Positions 1 to 15,404 of a stretch of DNA of 64,000 bases are shown here, in pieces. A program made the translations under genes and the position numbers. Every line of letters starts with the position of its first letter. Position 1 is the first letter of the stretch. Source of the stretch: Eledone cirrhosa (Eukaryota). The notes under the pieces are model-generated. The model had not been told where the DNA came from and did no database searches. It saw only the letters and a list, made by a program, of their open reading frames with translations. The stretch spans positions 120,094,001-120,158,000 of the forward strand of contig OZ024741.1 in NCBI GenBank assembly GCA_964016885.1. Reading direction: 5' to 3'.

Positions 1-98
1 AACATCCTATGTTTTTGCAACATTTGTGGTAAATTTTTACAATCATATGTTAATGTTTAATTCTTTTTCTATCAACTAGATACACATACACACTCACC

Positions 99-271
<173 letters not shown>

Positions 272-420
272 TCTATATTATCCTTACATGCCTCAACTAT
301 AAATAAGACAAAATAAGCCTTAACAAAAATAATTTAGTCTAACGGCGTGAAGCCCTTCGCCGGGAAGCTTGAATAAGAAAAACCATAGCCCGTACAACTT
401 CTATCTTCTTCTTCTTCTTG

Positions 421-1076
421 CTCGACGAGGCTGGGGTCATCCTAAGCCAGCGATCCCAATGCATCGTCATGTGTAGAGCCGACCAGGGTCTGGCCTTGTC
501 TTGGCGCGGGTGCTTGTGTGTTCAGTAAATCTAAGAGAGGATTACCATTTAGAGCTTTGCTCCTAGTTGGGTCACCTTAGGCGGGGCAGTCTCCCGGAGA
601 GGTCCCAGACCAACAGTGACCCGCAGCGTTTCGGCTCGCCGCCAAGATAGCAGCCCCATCATCAGACTATTTTACGGAGGGCCAACACCCGCCCAGAAAA
701 AAACATCAACCTATTACAAAACCGACTATAAGAAACCAGACTCCTCAACATCGGAATCGAAACCTGCATCCCCCACCCCACCCCTCCAACAAGGAGAAAT
801 TAATTTGCGCCATAAAATGTGTGTTGCCAGATGGAATGTCCTGTCGCTCCTTCAATCCGGAGCAACCACCCTGCTGTTCCGAGAGCTATCACACTGCAAC
901 ATCATATGGGCGGGACTCTGCGAGACACACTCTGCAAGGAATTCATCGCGGGAGACCACTACCTCATCTGGAGTGGCGCTGGAGATAGGACGGGCCTTTG
1001 CGGTGTAGCACTAGCCATGCCCAAGCACGTCCGCAAGTCACTCATTACCTGGAACCCGATGAGTGACCGTTTCTAA
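421..1076 (+). mobile_element. RTE-clade LINE 5' fragment (5' UTR plus start of APE endonuclease, frameshifted)
   Basis: Overlapping ORFs read CVARWNVLSL...AGLCETH and YLIWSGAGDRTGLCGVALAM...WNPMSDRF, the N-terminal motifs of retroelement APE domains. Preceded by a short (TTC)n run. Confidence 0.75.
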
Positions 1077-1197
1077 ACTATTTTTAGAAATATAAAATTA
1101 ATATAAAAACGAAGATAAAGAGCAGGTTTATATACATACTTAAATACCTAAATTAAATTAGAGAAACATACATATATCCATGCATACACACACATAC

Positions 1198-1233
<36 letters not shown>

Positions 1234-1506
1234 TAAAACATATCTATAGAATCACCAGATAAAATATATACTGTTTCTTCTCCCAATTAGCATAATTAAC
1301 CATATAAAACATCAATTAGACCAAGCTATAATAATAAAGGCTCCTATGAAGAAATCTCCGACAAATAACCGAAAGCAGCCCTTCGCGGTGGTTGCGACGG
1401 AGTATTTATCGAGTATTTCGACAGCGTGTATAAATCGACCAGATATACAGTCAACTAAACAGAATTAGGTGTAAAATAAACTAGAAGAAAAGTGCACATA
1501 TTTAGT

Positions 1507-1586
1507 TACCTCTACCATGGTTTCGTCCGCATTTTAAGATATCCGATAACATTGGAAATCTAGAGCTTCGGATTCTTCAGGAGTTA
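1507..1586 (-). ncRNA. Type I hammerhead ribozyme motif
   Basis: Minus strand: ctc CTGAAGA atccg...cggac GAAA ccatgg TA gag. Palindromic stem III (ACCATGGT), GUA triplet, A-C mismatch closing stem II. Lies between ~55-bp direct repeats at ~1230 and ~1890. Confidence 0.7.
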
Positions 1587-1889
1587 GCTCAAATTTAGAC
1601 AATTAATTTTCCAAAGTGATCGCGCCAAGAATACATTCAAAAATGGCTAAGAATCGTGACGTGGCAGCGGTCAAGTTAGAAAGGATGTGATTAGTTGCTT
1701 ACGGCTGGTAGGCTTTTTGCTAGAAAGCGCAGCCCAATACAGCCAAAATTGTATCTCAACCTAACGGGAGATTATTACATATAAAGGTTTACATATATAT
1801 ATATATAAAGTCATAGATATATATGTGTTTTGCAACGGGTCACTTTGTGGCTCAATGAAGAATTAATAAATTAAATAATCAGAGCTATA

Positions 1890-2831
<942 letters not shown>

Positions 2832-2837
2832 ATATAT

Positions 2838-3746
2838 ATGAAAGACGTAAAATATGAAAATTATAAATATTAACTTACTTACTAAAATTCGCTTCCTTTT
2901 TTCCATCCACTGAATTATTTTTGTATAAGTTCCCTGTGTCCACACATCGCCTGGGAACTTAGCTGAGAATTGAATTCCTGATGACGAAAGGTATTCTCCA
3001 TGTTCCATTCGGAAACGATGTTTATTCCCTTTCAGAAACTAATTAGTTGGAGTGAAATTTTAGTAAGTAAGTTACTTTTTATAATTTTCTTATTTTACAT
3101 CTTTCATATAATTGTTCTGCATCCCCTTGCATTGAACCACAGATTTACTAAGACAAAACCTATATATTTGCTAGCATAGGTATGCATCTGTATATATATG
3201 TTGGTAGATATACTAATTCTTTATAATTATCTCCAAATTATTTTGTTGTGCAAAAATTTGCCAAAACTACTACTATAGTTCATAGTAATAGTCCGGCTAC
3301 TGTCTTATTAACACCCCACTCCTCACTGATTAACCTCGATGTCACGTGATTGATTCTTTTGCATTTGCCACCGACCAAGTAGGCAGTGATTTTTTCAATG
3401 TCCTGGAATTTAGTCCTCGCTTGCTTTTTTCCATCCACTGAATTATTTTTGTATAAGTTCCCTGTGTCCACACATCGCCTGGGAACTTAGCTGAGAATTG
3501 AATTCCTGATGACGAAAGGTATTCTCCATGTTCCATTCGGAAACGATGTTTATTCCCTTTCAGAAACTAATTAGTTGGAGTGAAATTTTAGTAAGTAAGT
3601 TAATTTTTATAATTTTCTTATTTTACGTATTTCATATAATTGTTCTGCATCCCCTTGCATTGAACCACAAAGTTACTAAGACAAAACCTATATATTTGCT
3701 AGCATAGATATGCATCTGTATATATATGTTGGTAGATATACTAATT

Positions 3747-3750
<4 letters not shown>
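2838..3750 (+). mobile_element. Non-coding Penelope-derived cassette: short inverted 5' arm plus 528-bp-period direct repeat, each unit with an HHR-like core
   Basis: CTGATGA cgaa...ttcg GAAAC at 2978 and 3506. 2838-2890 is the reverse complement of the ~3055-3110 segment, and another inverted piece is at 4215-4295. Flanked by (TA)n. Confidence 0.65.
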
Positions 3751-3791
<41 letters not shown>

Positions 3792-3854
3792 AGTAAACAT
3801 TAAACAATCTTTTAAATAAATTAAAATACGATTTAAATATTTATCTCTTCTAGT

Positions 3855-3934
3855 GCCATGACCGACGGTTTCGCTAATCAAAAGATTGGAAATTCAGAGA
3901 ATTTCCAATGGAATGAAATAGCTCTTCAGATAAC
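3855..3934 (-). ncRNA. Type I hammerhead ribozyme motif inside a ~190-bp inverted-repeat mini-element (3789-3978)
   Basis: Minus strand: gttat CTGAAGA gcta...tagc GAAA ccgtcgg TC atggc, GUC triplet. ~33-bp inverted repeats at 3789-3822 and 3939-3971. (TA)n on both sides. Confidence 0.8.
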
Positions 3935-4084
3935 TTTTATTTATTTAAAAGATTGTTTAATGTTTACTTGTTCCGCTCATATATATATATATATATCGAC
4001 AGTCGATCGACTTTCGTCAAATCGGACCGAGGAAACAATGTTTCAATTGCTAGTACTCTCTATCGGTCGCAACTCCAGGTAGAA

Positions 4085-4204
4085 GGAGCAACGTGAAATA
4101 AAGTGTCTTGTTCAAGGACATAACGCATCGCCCGGTCCGGGAATCGAACTCACAACCTCACGATTAGGAATCCAATTCTCTAACCACTCGGCCACACGCC
4201 TTCA
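4085..4204 (-). mobile_element. tRNA-derived SINE head
   Basis: Minus strand has A box TGGCCGAGTGG, B box GAGTTCGATTCC, then a ccttgaacaagacactt core-like motif. Confidence 0.75.
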
Positions 4205-4290
4205 ACATATATATATATAGGTTTTGTCTTAGTAAATCTGTGGTTCAATGCAAGGGGATGCAGAACAATTATATGAAAGATGTAAAATAA

Positions 4291-4574
<284 letters not shown>

Positions 4575-4653
4575 GAATAAAAGGAAAAGAATGACTTCAC
4601 TTGTAGTTCTAATTTGATTTAATTTTATAATTTCATTTAATTTTATAATATAA

Positions 4654-7600
4654 CTAGACCACCAGTGACCCGTTGGGTCATGTTCACTGAAAAATAATTT
4701 TTAAATAATTAAAATATACACAAAATGTATATAATGTAAAATGACATTGGAAAGCCAATATATATATACGTGTATTTGTGTGTGTATATGTACGTGTATA
4801 TATATATATATGTTTGAGTGTGTGGGTGTCTGTGGCCTATATACACTGGTTACACACACACACACATACATCCTGTCCTAACACAAGTTATAAGATACAT
4901 ATAACTTAATATTCAGTCACCAAATTGAAGCTAGATACAGTAATGCTGTATTCAATTCTTTGAAGTCACCTGTCATAATTCCATTCAACAACACCACCAG
5001 CTCTCTCCCTCTCTCTCTCTCTCACAAAACCACTATCTGCGTTTGTATTCACATTTCAATGGTACCTTACTTTCAAAGAATTTTCCCATTATGCGCTGAT
5101 TTGGGTTATTTATAAAGGTACCCGAAGAAACCCGCGTATCTCGGGATCCCGTGGTCCGATTTACGAGAAACTTGTCTTTTCACTGTATTATTCACAAGTA
5201 TTTTCACAAAGAAAATATCAAATCATTTTTCACTAATAGCTATCCAATCACTCCACTTCAAAATTCTTTTTTCTATATCTCTATGGATGCTTGACTGTTT
5301 GTTCTGAACGATTTTCTGCTTAAAAATTTGCAATGTTAATGAAAAGCTGGTTTTATTTACAAAAATTATTCTTACTTGTCTTAGTTTTTCCTTTTCCTTT
5401 CATTTTCTGACGTCGGAATCAACATTTTCTCATATTTACGCTGTTACAGTTTGTTCAAAAGAATGCTTTTGATGACAACATTCTTAGTTGACTGGGTATC
5501 CTTCAGAAACACTCTGACATTTTCTTTTCGTTTTCCGCGGTTAAGGGCCACATACAGTTGACCATGCTGGAATACAGGTCGTTCCAGATAAACCAAGACG
5601 TTTTCCATAGTTTGTCCTTGTGTTTTATGAATAGTCATAGCGAAGCACGATTGAACTGGGAATTGGCTTCGCTGCAAAGGGATATCCTCACCTTCGGATA
5701 GATTAGTTGTTATTCTGGGTATCATAACGATCTCATATCTGAAAGCAGCAGTGTTGATTCTTGCTACTATGAGATTGTCGTGCAGTTCTTCCACGATCAT
5801 GCGCGTTCCATTACAAAGCCTTGGAGGATTCAAGTTTCTCATAAGAATTATTGGCGATTCTTTTTTCATGTCCAGATTATGTGGTGGCAGTCCTGATAGT
5901 TCAACTGAATCAAGGAATTCAGTCGGGAAATGGGTGGCATTGGCATCATCACTCACAGAATTATAGGATCGGTACTCTTTTATGGTTCCAGGGAAGAGTC
6001 TGATACAAGTAGAATTGATTCTTCTCATCATTTCATTGAGAGGTACTAAGATGCAATTGTTCGAAAACACTTCAGCTGGATTGTCGAATGAGGGGTAGAT
6101 GAAATCAATACATTTTTCCATAGTTGTTACTTGGAGAACCATTTCTTTTGGCAAAATAATTTCCTCATTTTCAGTTTTTTTTATCTTATCTTCTCCAATA
6201 TCCAATAGGAACTGTGAATAGTCTCCTGCTCCCCCACCCAATCGCATGTTTGTCTTCAACTGAAATCTTTGGAAGCTTCGCCATAAGCAGGATTGTTTAA
6301 TGCAGGCGCTTTCCACGTCCGCTTCATTTCCCCTTTTCACTACCGGAAGAAGCTGACGGAAATCGCCACAGCAAATTGTCAAAATGCCACCGAATGCCTC
6401 ATTGTTGTCGCATATGTCACGCAGAGTGAGGTCAACAGCTTCGAAGCTTTCCTTCCGAATCATAGGACACTCATCCCAAACAATCAGCCTTGTATGCTGG
6501 AAGAGGTTTGCCGTCTTTGAGTTTTTATCAATGTTGCACAGACCATTTTCTTTCACTACTATCGGTATTTTGAACCTAGAATGCGCTGTTCTTCCACCAA
6601 GCATCAGTGTTGCGGCAATGCCAGATGACGCAACAGCAATAGCCACGTCACCGTTTCCCCTGACTTTTGAAAGAATTAAGTTAATCAGGAATGTCTTTCC
6701 TGTTCCACCTGGAGCGTCAATGAAAATCAATGCAGATGTGTTCGTCTCTAAACTGTTACAAACGAAGTCATACACGTGTTTTTGTTCACTATTCAGTAGA
6801 GGCTCCGTCTCTTCTACAAATCGTCGCTGCTCTTCTCTGGTGTATTGAAATTCATGCAATAACTCCAAATTGCCAATATCCTGATTAGCAACAATATTAT
6901 TTGGCCTTGGAAAGTTAAAGTCACTAATACTTTTGCCCAGGTCGTTAAGTTTGTCTTCAAAATACAGAAGACATTGATTATAATGTCTCTCGCTAATCAA
7001 AAGGTTAGAGTTTCTGGTAGCCCTTTTTTCTATTTGAAGCTAATCCTCAGACAGCGAATGCTTAAATCGAACCCATAAAGCACTGGAATTGTCAATTTCC
7101 GTATTTGTGAGGAGCGCGATGAATAGATCTCTCATGGCTTTGGGAAGCCTTGTTCGCTCAGCATCTTCCAGAGTCTGCTGCCAATGATCATCCGATTGAA
7201 GCAAACCTTTCTCTCTGCAGACGTCTTTGAATAATGGCAGGAGTTCTCCATCACACATTTTCAAAGAGTTGAAGGATACTGGCCCTTTGACGTGATGCAG
7301 AAGGAGTCTTAAATAATACAGGTCACCACTTCGTGGAGAAACAGTGTATACTCGTCCCAAAACGTTCGCCTAAAAAATCCCTGGATACTGCTCAACTGTT
7401 TTCCCCACCTTTCTCCTTTCCCACCTCTTATTACCCCAAGTGTAAAACTTTGGCACATCGGCATAATACAATGTTTTTGCAAACGGATCGCGATCGCAAA
7501 GATCCATGAACTCAGTCAGAGTCGTCTTAGCCATGTTATTGTTTACCTTAACAGCAGCATTGACCCGAAAGAAGATTTTATTTTCCTCAGGTAGATGAAC

Positions 7601-9864
7601 TTGAAGGCGAACTACGACCGGTTCTCTCTCATGAATTGGAAATCCAAGTACCAAGGCAACAGCTTCTGAAGGACCGATATATCTTCCTGTTAAATCCTGT
7701 ATTATCTCATCTTCTCTGTTCACTCCAAACATTTCCTGATCACTGCCGTTCATGGTATATTTGATAACGTATTTGATCGATTTGTCGGTAGAGCACATCT
7801 CTACGTTTAGGTGGCAGTTGAACAGTTTTAATAGTTTCATATTGTAGGGAACCACCCATTCCGAAGTTATATTTCGGCTTCCCCTTCCTTCTTGGTGCCC
7901 CTCAAATCCTCCCATTCCTAGAGACTGTCTTCTGTACACAGCATAAGAGTCCTCTCCACACAATGTATATTCATTGAAAGGCTTAGGGCACCGCTTACTG
8001 CACGTTCCATCTTTCCAACACCGCGAATTGTTAGAGCAATTCGGACCGTGGATCATGTGCTTCAGCACCAATTCATGACCCTCTGGATCTTTGTTTGGAT
8101 ATGATATTTCGGCTTGAACAAATTTATCATATTCCTGCGGTCTAGGCTTGGAGGCTTCTTTGAGCCGTAGCAAACAGTGCACATGAGGAAGATCTCGCTT
8201 TTGATATTGGACTGTCAGCACGTAAGCTATGCACTTGCCAAATAGGCCATCTACTCCAGTAAGATACTTTCTTAACAGTTTCCGCTTCAGGTCAAATACT
8301 CTGGCAATTAAATCTGGCCTGTCATGTGGCTTCTGATTCAGAAATAGGTTTTGCCGGATTTCAGGCTAGTTTGGATTGCATGTCATTGTGATGAAGAACG
8401 AAGGATTGCCGTACTTCCGTATGTACATCATGGCATCCTGGCATCGCTCCATCATATATCTCTGTCCACCGACAAATGTGGAAGAGAGTATGATTCGCCT
8501 GCCAATATTGCGAAAATCGTCATCATCATTCAATGCGTCAGTAAGGCCCTTGTATGTTGTAGATCGCAATGATGTTTGATTCATTCGGATGTATTGCAGT
8601 CTATCTCATTCAATCTTCGCAGCCATGTCAACTAAATATTGCTGAAATAAACGACCGCCTCTGAGAAGTTGGTTGAATTCATTCTCATGGTTCATTATTC
8701 GATAGGCATAGTAGCGCATTGGCATCAACTTCTTGTTGTTGCTCATTAACAGCTCATGATGCCATCCGTCATCGCCAAAAGGAAAAAATAGAACATACTG
8801 CAAACTGTCATAAGACCGATGGGACTCTGAGATTATTTGCAATTGTCCACTTTTTTCTTTCAACACAATGTGCCGTGCTTTTGCTTGAAGTTCGGTGCTG
8901 TTTTGTATAAGTTGGGATTAGGGGTTAAGGAACCGATGAAATGGTGAATTTGACCATGAATAACGATAGAAGGATTCCATCCACTCCTTGAGGAACGAAC
9001 TTCTTCGGCCCCAAAAGATGTCATTTGGAACAGGCAGTTGTATTGTCTGAGGTTCTTCCTGAACTCGTTTACCCTAGGTTGATCAGTACTAAATAAACTG
9101 TGAAGTTCCTGGGGTAAAGGCTGCAGATTCCCCAACCTGACTTTTCCATTCATACAGCAAAAGTTAACAGTTTCACCATGAAAAAGTATTGCATGACAAC
9201 AGACACATCTTATTCATCTGTCCAACATCAGCAGAGAGGTTACGTCGTTGAACTGTCCTTGCTCTATCCCTAATGGTTTATTGGCAAAGACGTTCAGTTC
9301 TCCGAGCGTCCGATTCATGATCTCTCCTTCTTCTGTCTCTTTCTCTCTGTTCCGCCAGACGCTAAACTCACTGACCATCTGATTCATGATCTCTGCTTCT
9401 GTCTCTTTCCCTCTGTTCCTTCTTGAAAATAATTTTTTTTAAATGAAGATATTGTCTATATAAATAAAGCTATTTGTGAAATCAAATTCACTTTAAAATA
9501 TTTCTAAATAATTGAAATATTCTTTTTAACAAAAGCAAAAATATAAACACCAAATGTATTTTTCAGTGATATTCACTTAATGCTTTTCTGATAATTAAAA
9601 TATTGTCTGTTTAAAGAAAGCTCGAATATAGATACTTGAAGTACAAACAGCTTGTAGTTTTGAAATCATATTCACTGAGAAATCACTGAAAATTTTTTTT
9701 TTATAATTATTAAACTATTTTCATCATTCGAGAAATATTTTTATGTCGATTTACGTCAAACCTGTTTTATCCCCATTTCAGGGTTATATCACTTACAGGG
9801 CTATTTTTCCATTATGCACCGTTTTGGCTATTTACGAAGGTATCCTACACACACAGACACACAC

Positions 9865-9932
<68 letters not shown>

Positions 9933-10986
9933 CTATCCAGGAAGCTCCAACCGTTAAGGTTGTCTTTTTTCAGGATATGTCAATATTTATTTATAAAACT
10001 AATCTATATTGTATTTTATCTGATGAAAGCGTGCCATAATTTGCCTTGGTGGCCCTTGAAATATGTATAATAAAATAAATATGGTTTTATAAATATAGTT
10101 TCTGTTTGTTAATATATTGTATATTTACTCCAATAATTTGTTGAGTGCTTTATATCAGTTATAAAAATATTTTTAAGCTTGTTGTAGTCCAACAAATTAA
10201 ATATAACCTCTGCATATATATATATATATATATACATGTCTCTAACTTAAGTACTGTTACACACACATACACACACACATGTCTCTAAGTACGTAAACAC
10301 ATGCACTGGCACACATACACATACAGATACACACGGTGGCAGTATAACTGTGAAAAGAGAGAAAGAAATAACGTTATGGATAGGGAGAGAGTTAAAATAA
10401 ATAAAAGTTAAGGACGCTGTCTCTTTCCCTATCTGTCATCCCCCCTCTCTCTCTCTCTCATCCCCTCACTCTCTCTCTTTTTCTCTCTCTCACCCCTCTC
10501 TCTCTCTCTTTCTCTCTCTCACCCCCTCTCTGTCTCTCTTACCTACAGAATGGACAACCAAAAAACAAACGGATTATTTCTTTCGATATTCATTATAAAA
10601 TAAGATAAATTGAATTTAGATGAATTCCTTGCTATTTTTGGAAAATTGAAGATATTGTCCATGTGCGATTTACGCCAAACTTGTTTTATTCAGAGTATTT
10701 TCTCATTATACAATGTTTTGGCTATTTACGAAGTTTTGCGGGTTATGTTAATTTCGAGGTATTTTCCCAGTATGTACCGTTGTGGCTATTTACGAAGGTA
10801 CCCCCAAAACCCGCGAATCTCGGGACCCGGGGTCAGATTTTCGCGAAACTTGTTTTATTCAATTTGTATTCCCATTTCAGAGGCAACTTGCTTTCAAAGT
10901 ATTTACCCATTATGCGCCCTTTTGGCTGTATTACATAACAGACAAGTAAGCAAGCACGCAAGATCAGAGTTTTAGTAGTATATAGA
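4654..10986 (-). mobile_element. Full-length decayed autonomous Helitron
   Basis: Minus-strand 5' end TCTATATACTACTAAAA at 10986. 3' hairpin TGACCC-aac-GGGTCA (4666-4680) 8 nt before the terminal CTAG (4654-4657). Inserted between A and T with no TSD. Internal Rep-helicase. Confidence 0.92.
5444..9420 (-). pseudogene. Helitron RepHel (HUH Rep plus PIF1-family helicase), broken by stops and frameshifts
   Basis: Rep: FFITMTCNP, QYQKRDLPHVH, IKYVIKY. Helicase: DAPGGTGKTFL, VWDECPM, GDFRQLLPVV, FAMTIHKTQGQT, HGQLYVALNR. The 518-aa helicase part (5444-7000) is still open. Confidence 0.93.
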
Positions 10987-11939
10987 TATTATGATTTGGT
11001 AGATCTAATAAGTTCTTTGTTAACTTCGGTGGGAAGATTTTTAAAGATTCCTGGTTAACTTTCTTGGAGAACTTTCTCGAATTCATCGGTGGATTGTCAA
11101 ACTGAGATCAGTATGTGTGACTCTATATATAAGAGAGATTTGGATGTGTCTGTGGGGGGGGGGGGGGGGGGGAGTGAAGGAGTGTTGATGAAGATTTAAA
11201 AGAATTAAAGCATAGACACTCACGCACACGCACTCACACACACACACACATATATATATGCACTCAGGAAATGGTGGCGGTTGACAGCAAGATAAGAGTG
11301 TTTAAGAAAGGGCTGTAAAAGTGCCCTCCTGCTGGTTCCATTTCAATAGATGACCTTTGATGAATATAATGGCAGGATGTTTTTCAAATTCGTTTCTTAT
11401 AGCTGAATCAACTCTCTTAAGTTTATAAAGAATACCTTCTACAATTCTCTATATCAAAGATGAATCTAGGTGCATGTCTGGTGGTGGTGGTGGGGGGGGG
11501 GGGGGGTTAATGAGGTGTAACATTTCTTTTGATAAGAATAGGATGACAGTAAAGAGAAGAATAGGGATAGTTTTGGTATATTTGTCAGAAATGTATGTTG
11601 TTGATATTGGTTTGGGAGGGAAAGTGTGGGGGTGACATGCTAGTTCACATATTCACTTCCCTATCTGTAAATATACTTACAGCCCATATATATTACATAC
11701 ATACACACAAACATACACACATACACACATGCACACCCATACATACACATATATACACACATCTATATGCACACATACACACACACACATATATACCCAT
11801 ATATATATATATACATATATATGCACACATGCATGCATATATATATACACATCTACACACACAGATATGTACACACATTTACTCAAGTATTTAAGTTCAC
11901 ATATACATTGGGGTGGGGAAAGGGAATTAATGAAATGTT

Positions 11940-14100
11940 AGTGTACCTCTGAGAGTTTTTCTTCTCTTCAAAGATCGAATGTTTGAACGTGCGGGTGTCA
12001 TCAACTTCTATCTGGATATTTTTCTTTTTCAATATGAGATTTTTTTTAAAGAAAAGAGAGAGAGGGGAGAATCCCGTTATTTGAAGATGGAATATAATTT
12101 TTTTGTGTTCAGTAGTGTTTTGTACTTTCTAATAAAAAATTCTTCTTTATATTTTCGGAAATGTTCGTTGTCCGACCATATCTTAAAGAAGGGGAAAATT
12201 GGGACTTTTCCCTTTCCGCATGCTACAAAGTGTTCACTGCATGTGGTGTTTCTGACAGAGGGGTCTCTAATTTGTTGTTTATGTACTCGGACTCTGTCAT
12301 GTAGATCCGTTCCGGTTTCACCAATGTAGTATTCTTTACATTGTGGACAGGTTGCACAGTAAATCAAGTTTTTGGTTTTGCAATTCATGTTTGCATTAAC
12401 TGTGAAAAGCTGGTTGTTTTTAAAGGAGATTTTCCCACCCTCTTCAATGTGTTCGCAAGTTCCGCATCGAGGGTCCCCGCATTTCGTAAGTTGCATTGCT
12501 TCATTATTAGTCGTAAATTTTGCCTTGGTAAGCAGTTTCTTTAGGTTGGGTGCTTGGCGTCTACTATATATTATTTGTGCGTCTTTTATGAGTGCATTCA
12601 TTTTAGGGGATTGCTGGAGAATCGAGAAATGTTGTTTAGCGGCTTTCACAATGTTGAAGTTCCTTGGATTGTGAGTGATGACAAAAGGGACAGCTGTTTT
12701 TTCCATTTTATTTTGTTGCTTTGTTTTTCTTAATGTTGTCACTAGGATGTTCTGGGCTTCGGAGACGGCTGTGTTGATGAGGTTCACCGGATATTCTTGT
12801 CTTTTAAGGAACCCTTTTAGTTCATATAATCTTTTTTCTTGTAGTGTGGAGTGTGTTACTATGGTGCAGATGCGTCTTGCCATGTTAAAGGGAATGTTCC
12901 TTTTGGTATGTGAGGAGGTGTGCTGATCGGAAATTCAAGTATTGGTGTGTCTGTTGGTTTGTAAAATAAGTCTGTTTTGATATTTTCCCCTTCTTTAATG
13001 ATAAGGATATCCAGAAACGGTAGTTCCTTTTTATTACATTCCATGGTAAATTTTATTTCTTCGTGAAGATTGTTTATGATGGAATGGAATCTTTGCAGGT
13101 CTTCTTGGCTTCTATTCCAGAAGATGAAGCAGTCATCTAGGTAGCGTTGTGATTAATGTAGGTGGCGAAGTAATGACTGAATGTTTCCTGCAGTTTGGAA
13201 TGTAATTTTGCCTCGAGGTGACCCATAACGAGTGTTGCATATGTTGGGGTCACTTTGGTGTCCATGGCTGTTCTTTTTATTTGTAAATACAGTTCGTTAT
13301 CAAAAAGGAAGTGGTTTTTCTCCAATACTAATTTGAGTCCTTCCAAAATAAAATTTGGGGGAATCTCTCTGAAATGTAATCTGGGTATTTTGTAATCCAG
13401 AAGTCAATAGTTTCAATTCCTAAGTCGTGTGGGATGTTAATATATAAGCTTGTTACGTCAAAGCTGACTAAGATTGTTTCTTGGTGTACTTTCTGGGGGA
13501 TATAGTTCAGGAATTCCATAATTACATAAGGGTTTCAGTATGATGTCTAATAGGTTGCTTAGTCGTTGTGTGCTTGAGGCTGGACCAGCAACAATTGGGT
13601 GTAATTTTAAATCTGTCGGTTTTGGTACTTCAACATACGATGTATTTTTGCCTTTTATGTTGTTTTGGATTTCTCTGGATTTGTGAACCTTCGGTAAACC
13701 ATAGAAATTGCTGGATTTCATTTCGAAGTTGGTTAAGTAATTGATTTCCTGAGGTTGTTTTGGTACTTGGATGTCAGTTTGCCTACTTTAAACATCGATT
13801 TTCTTTCTTAGATTTTGCTGATTTTTCTGTAAAAATCCTACTTATTCAACTGTTCTAGGATCATATCCTTGTAGTGGTTTTTGTTCATGATGACGATTGC
13901 GCCACCTTTGTCCGCTTTTTTATGATTATTGAGGAGTCTTTTTGTAGATTGTTTAGTGCTAGCAGTTGATCTGTAGGAATGTTGCGTTTGTGTTTTGTCT
14001 CTGCAATATTTGACTGTGCCGATCGTCGGAGGAGGTTATGTATTCCTCCAGGTGTTTGTCTCTATTCAACGGAGGTTCGAAGTTCTTTTTGTTTCTTACT
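11940..14100 (-). mobile_element. Penelope-like element, Neptune-type (RT, Cys-rich linker, GIY-YIG), frameshifted
   Basis: FYGLPKVHK, LVSFDVTSLYINIPH, LPFLDILI, KCGDPRCGTCEHI, NLIYCATCPQCKEYYIGETG. Confidence 0.9.
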
Positions 14101-14874
14101 AGTGATTCCTCCTCGTAATCTACACCTTAAAACAGTAGAAAATGCTAAAGGGATTTTCTCTCAGAACGTCAAAACATTTATTTACAAAATAGGGGTTTCC
14201 GCATTGAATTGTACCGGTTTCAGCTTTATGTGCTTTTTCAACGACAGAAGTGTATAATGCAGTTAAATTGGATATTAATAAGAATAATAAGTATATAGAG
14301 AAAAAAATTAGTTTTTACATACATATTTAGGGAGAAAAGTTCACATTTTTTGCCGTAGTTTTCTTTCTTTCTCTTAGTGTTGAACTTAGCCTTACCAACA
14401 GTGGTGGTAGCAGTTTAAGTTGTTGGCTTCGATTGTAGTGCTAGTAGGTGGGGTGAGAAGGGGAAGGAAAAGAAGTGGAAGAGGGAAGAGAAGACGAAGT
14501 AGACGAAGGAGACGTAGACGACGAAGAAGAGGGAGGGACAGGGATAGTGTGGTAGTAATACCAGGGCTGTGATAAGGAAGGGGAAAACGGGGAAGGGTAC
14601 GTGAAGCAGAAGGGGACGACGGGGAGCTGTAGTAGTAATAGTGTCACTGTTAATAATGGTAAAGGGAGCTGTCCGTGGGATTGGCTTAAATGATTGAGAG
14701 ACCTTAGAGTTGACTGAGGAAGTAATTCTTTCTAAAAATACCTATCTTGGTATTTCTGTCTGAAATGATGGCATTCTTAAATTGACCTGCAGTGTGGGTG
14801 TTTCGAAGAGATCTTCCTTAATTTGTCCAGGGTGTTAATTTTAAAGTGTGCCAGCTGCAGTTACGTCCGAAGTA

Positions 14875-14943
<69 letters not shown>

Positions 14944-14947
<4 letters not shown>

Positions 14948-15395
14948 GTTATACTTGGGGAGGGTCATATTGTTGTAATAATATTGCAAGAAATAAAAAC
15001 AGAACACACTCACTGTTTGGTTGGTTTTCGCTTCTGTATCTTTTATATTTCCATAGTTAATTCATTTGGCCATCAATGTTTATAACTGACTGACCAACGG
15101 TCAAAAATACAGATATAAATACATACATATAATCTAATAAAGTTCCTTCGTTGCGCATCTGAAACATCATCAGTGGTACTATTCTCATGTTTCCTCTGCA
15201 TATTGTATGTATTGTAATGAATTAACTATGGAGATATAAAAGATAGAGAAGCGAAAACCAACCAAACAGTGAGTGTGCTCTGTTATTATTTCTGGCAATA
15301 TTATTACACAAATATGACTCTCCCCAAGTATAACAATATTTGTTTCGACACACGATTTCATATCAAAAACCTTGCAAAACAAATTCATCACCGTT
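14944..15395. repeat. Fold-back non-coding cassette in (TA)n; same family recurs at 40146-40460
   Basis: 14946-15065 is the reverse complement of 15215-15336, and the same sequences recur at 40146-40460. Confidence 0.75.
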
Positions 15396-15404
15396 ATATA
15401 TATA

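Noticed and set aside
4000-4075. Minus-strand gac-GAAA-gtcgatcgac-T, 3' half of an HHR
   Set aside because: The CUGANGA half is absent here and at 36410-36550; only a fragment.
4085-4204. tRNA gene
   Set aside because: A and B boxes continue into a SINE body that recurs at 23690-23990.
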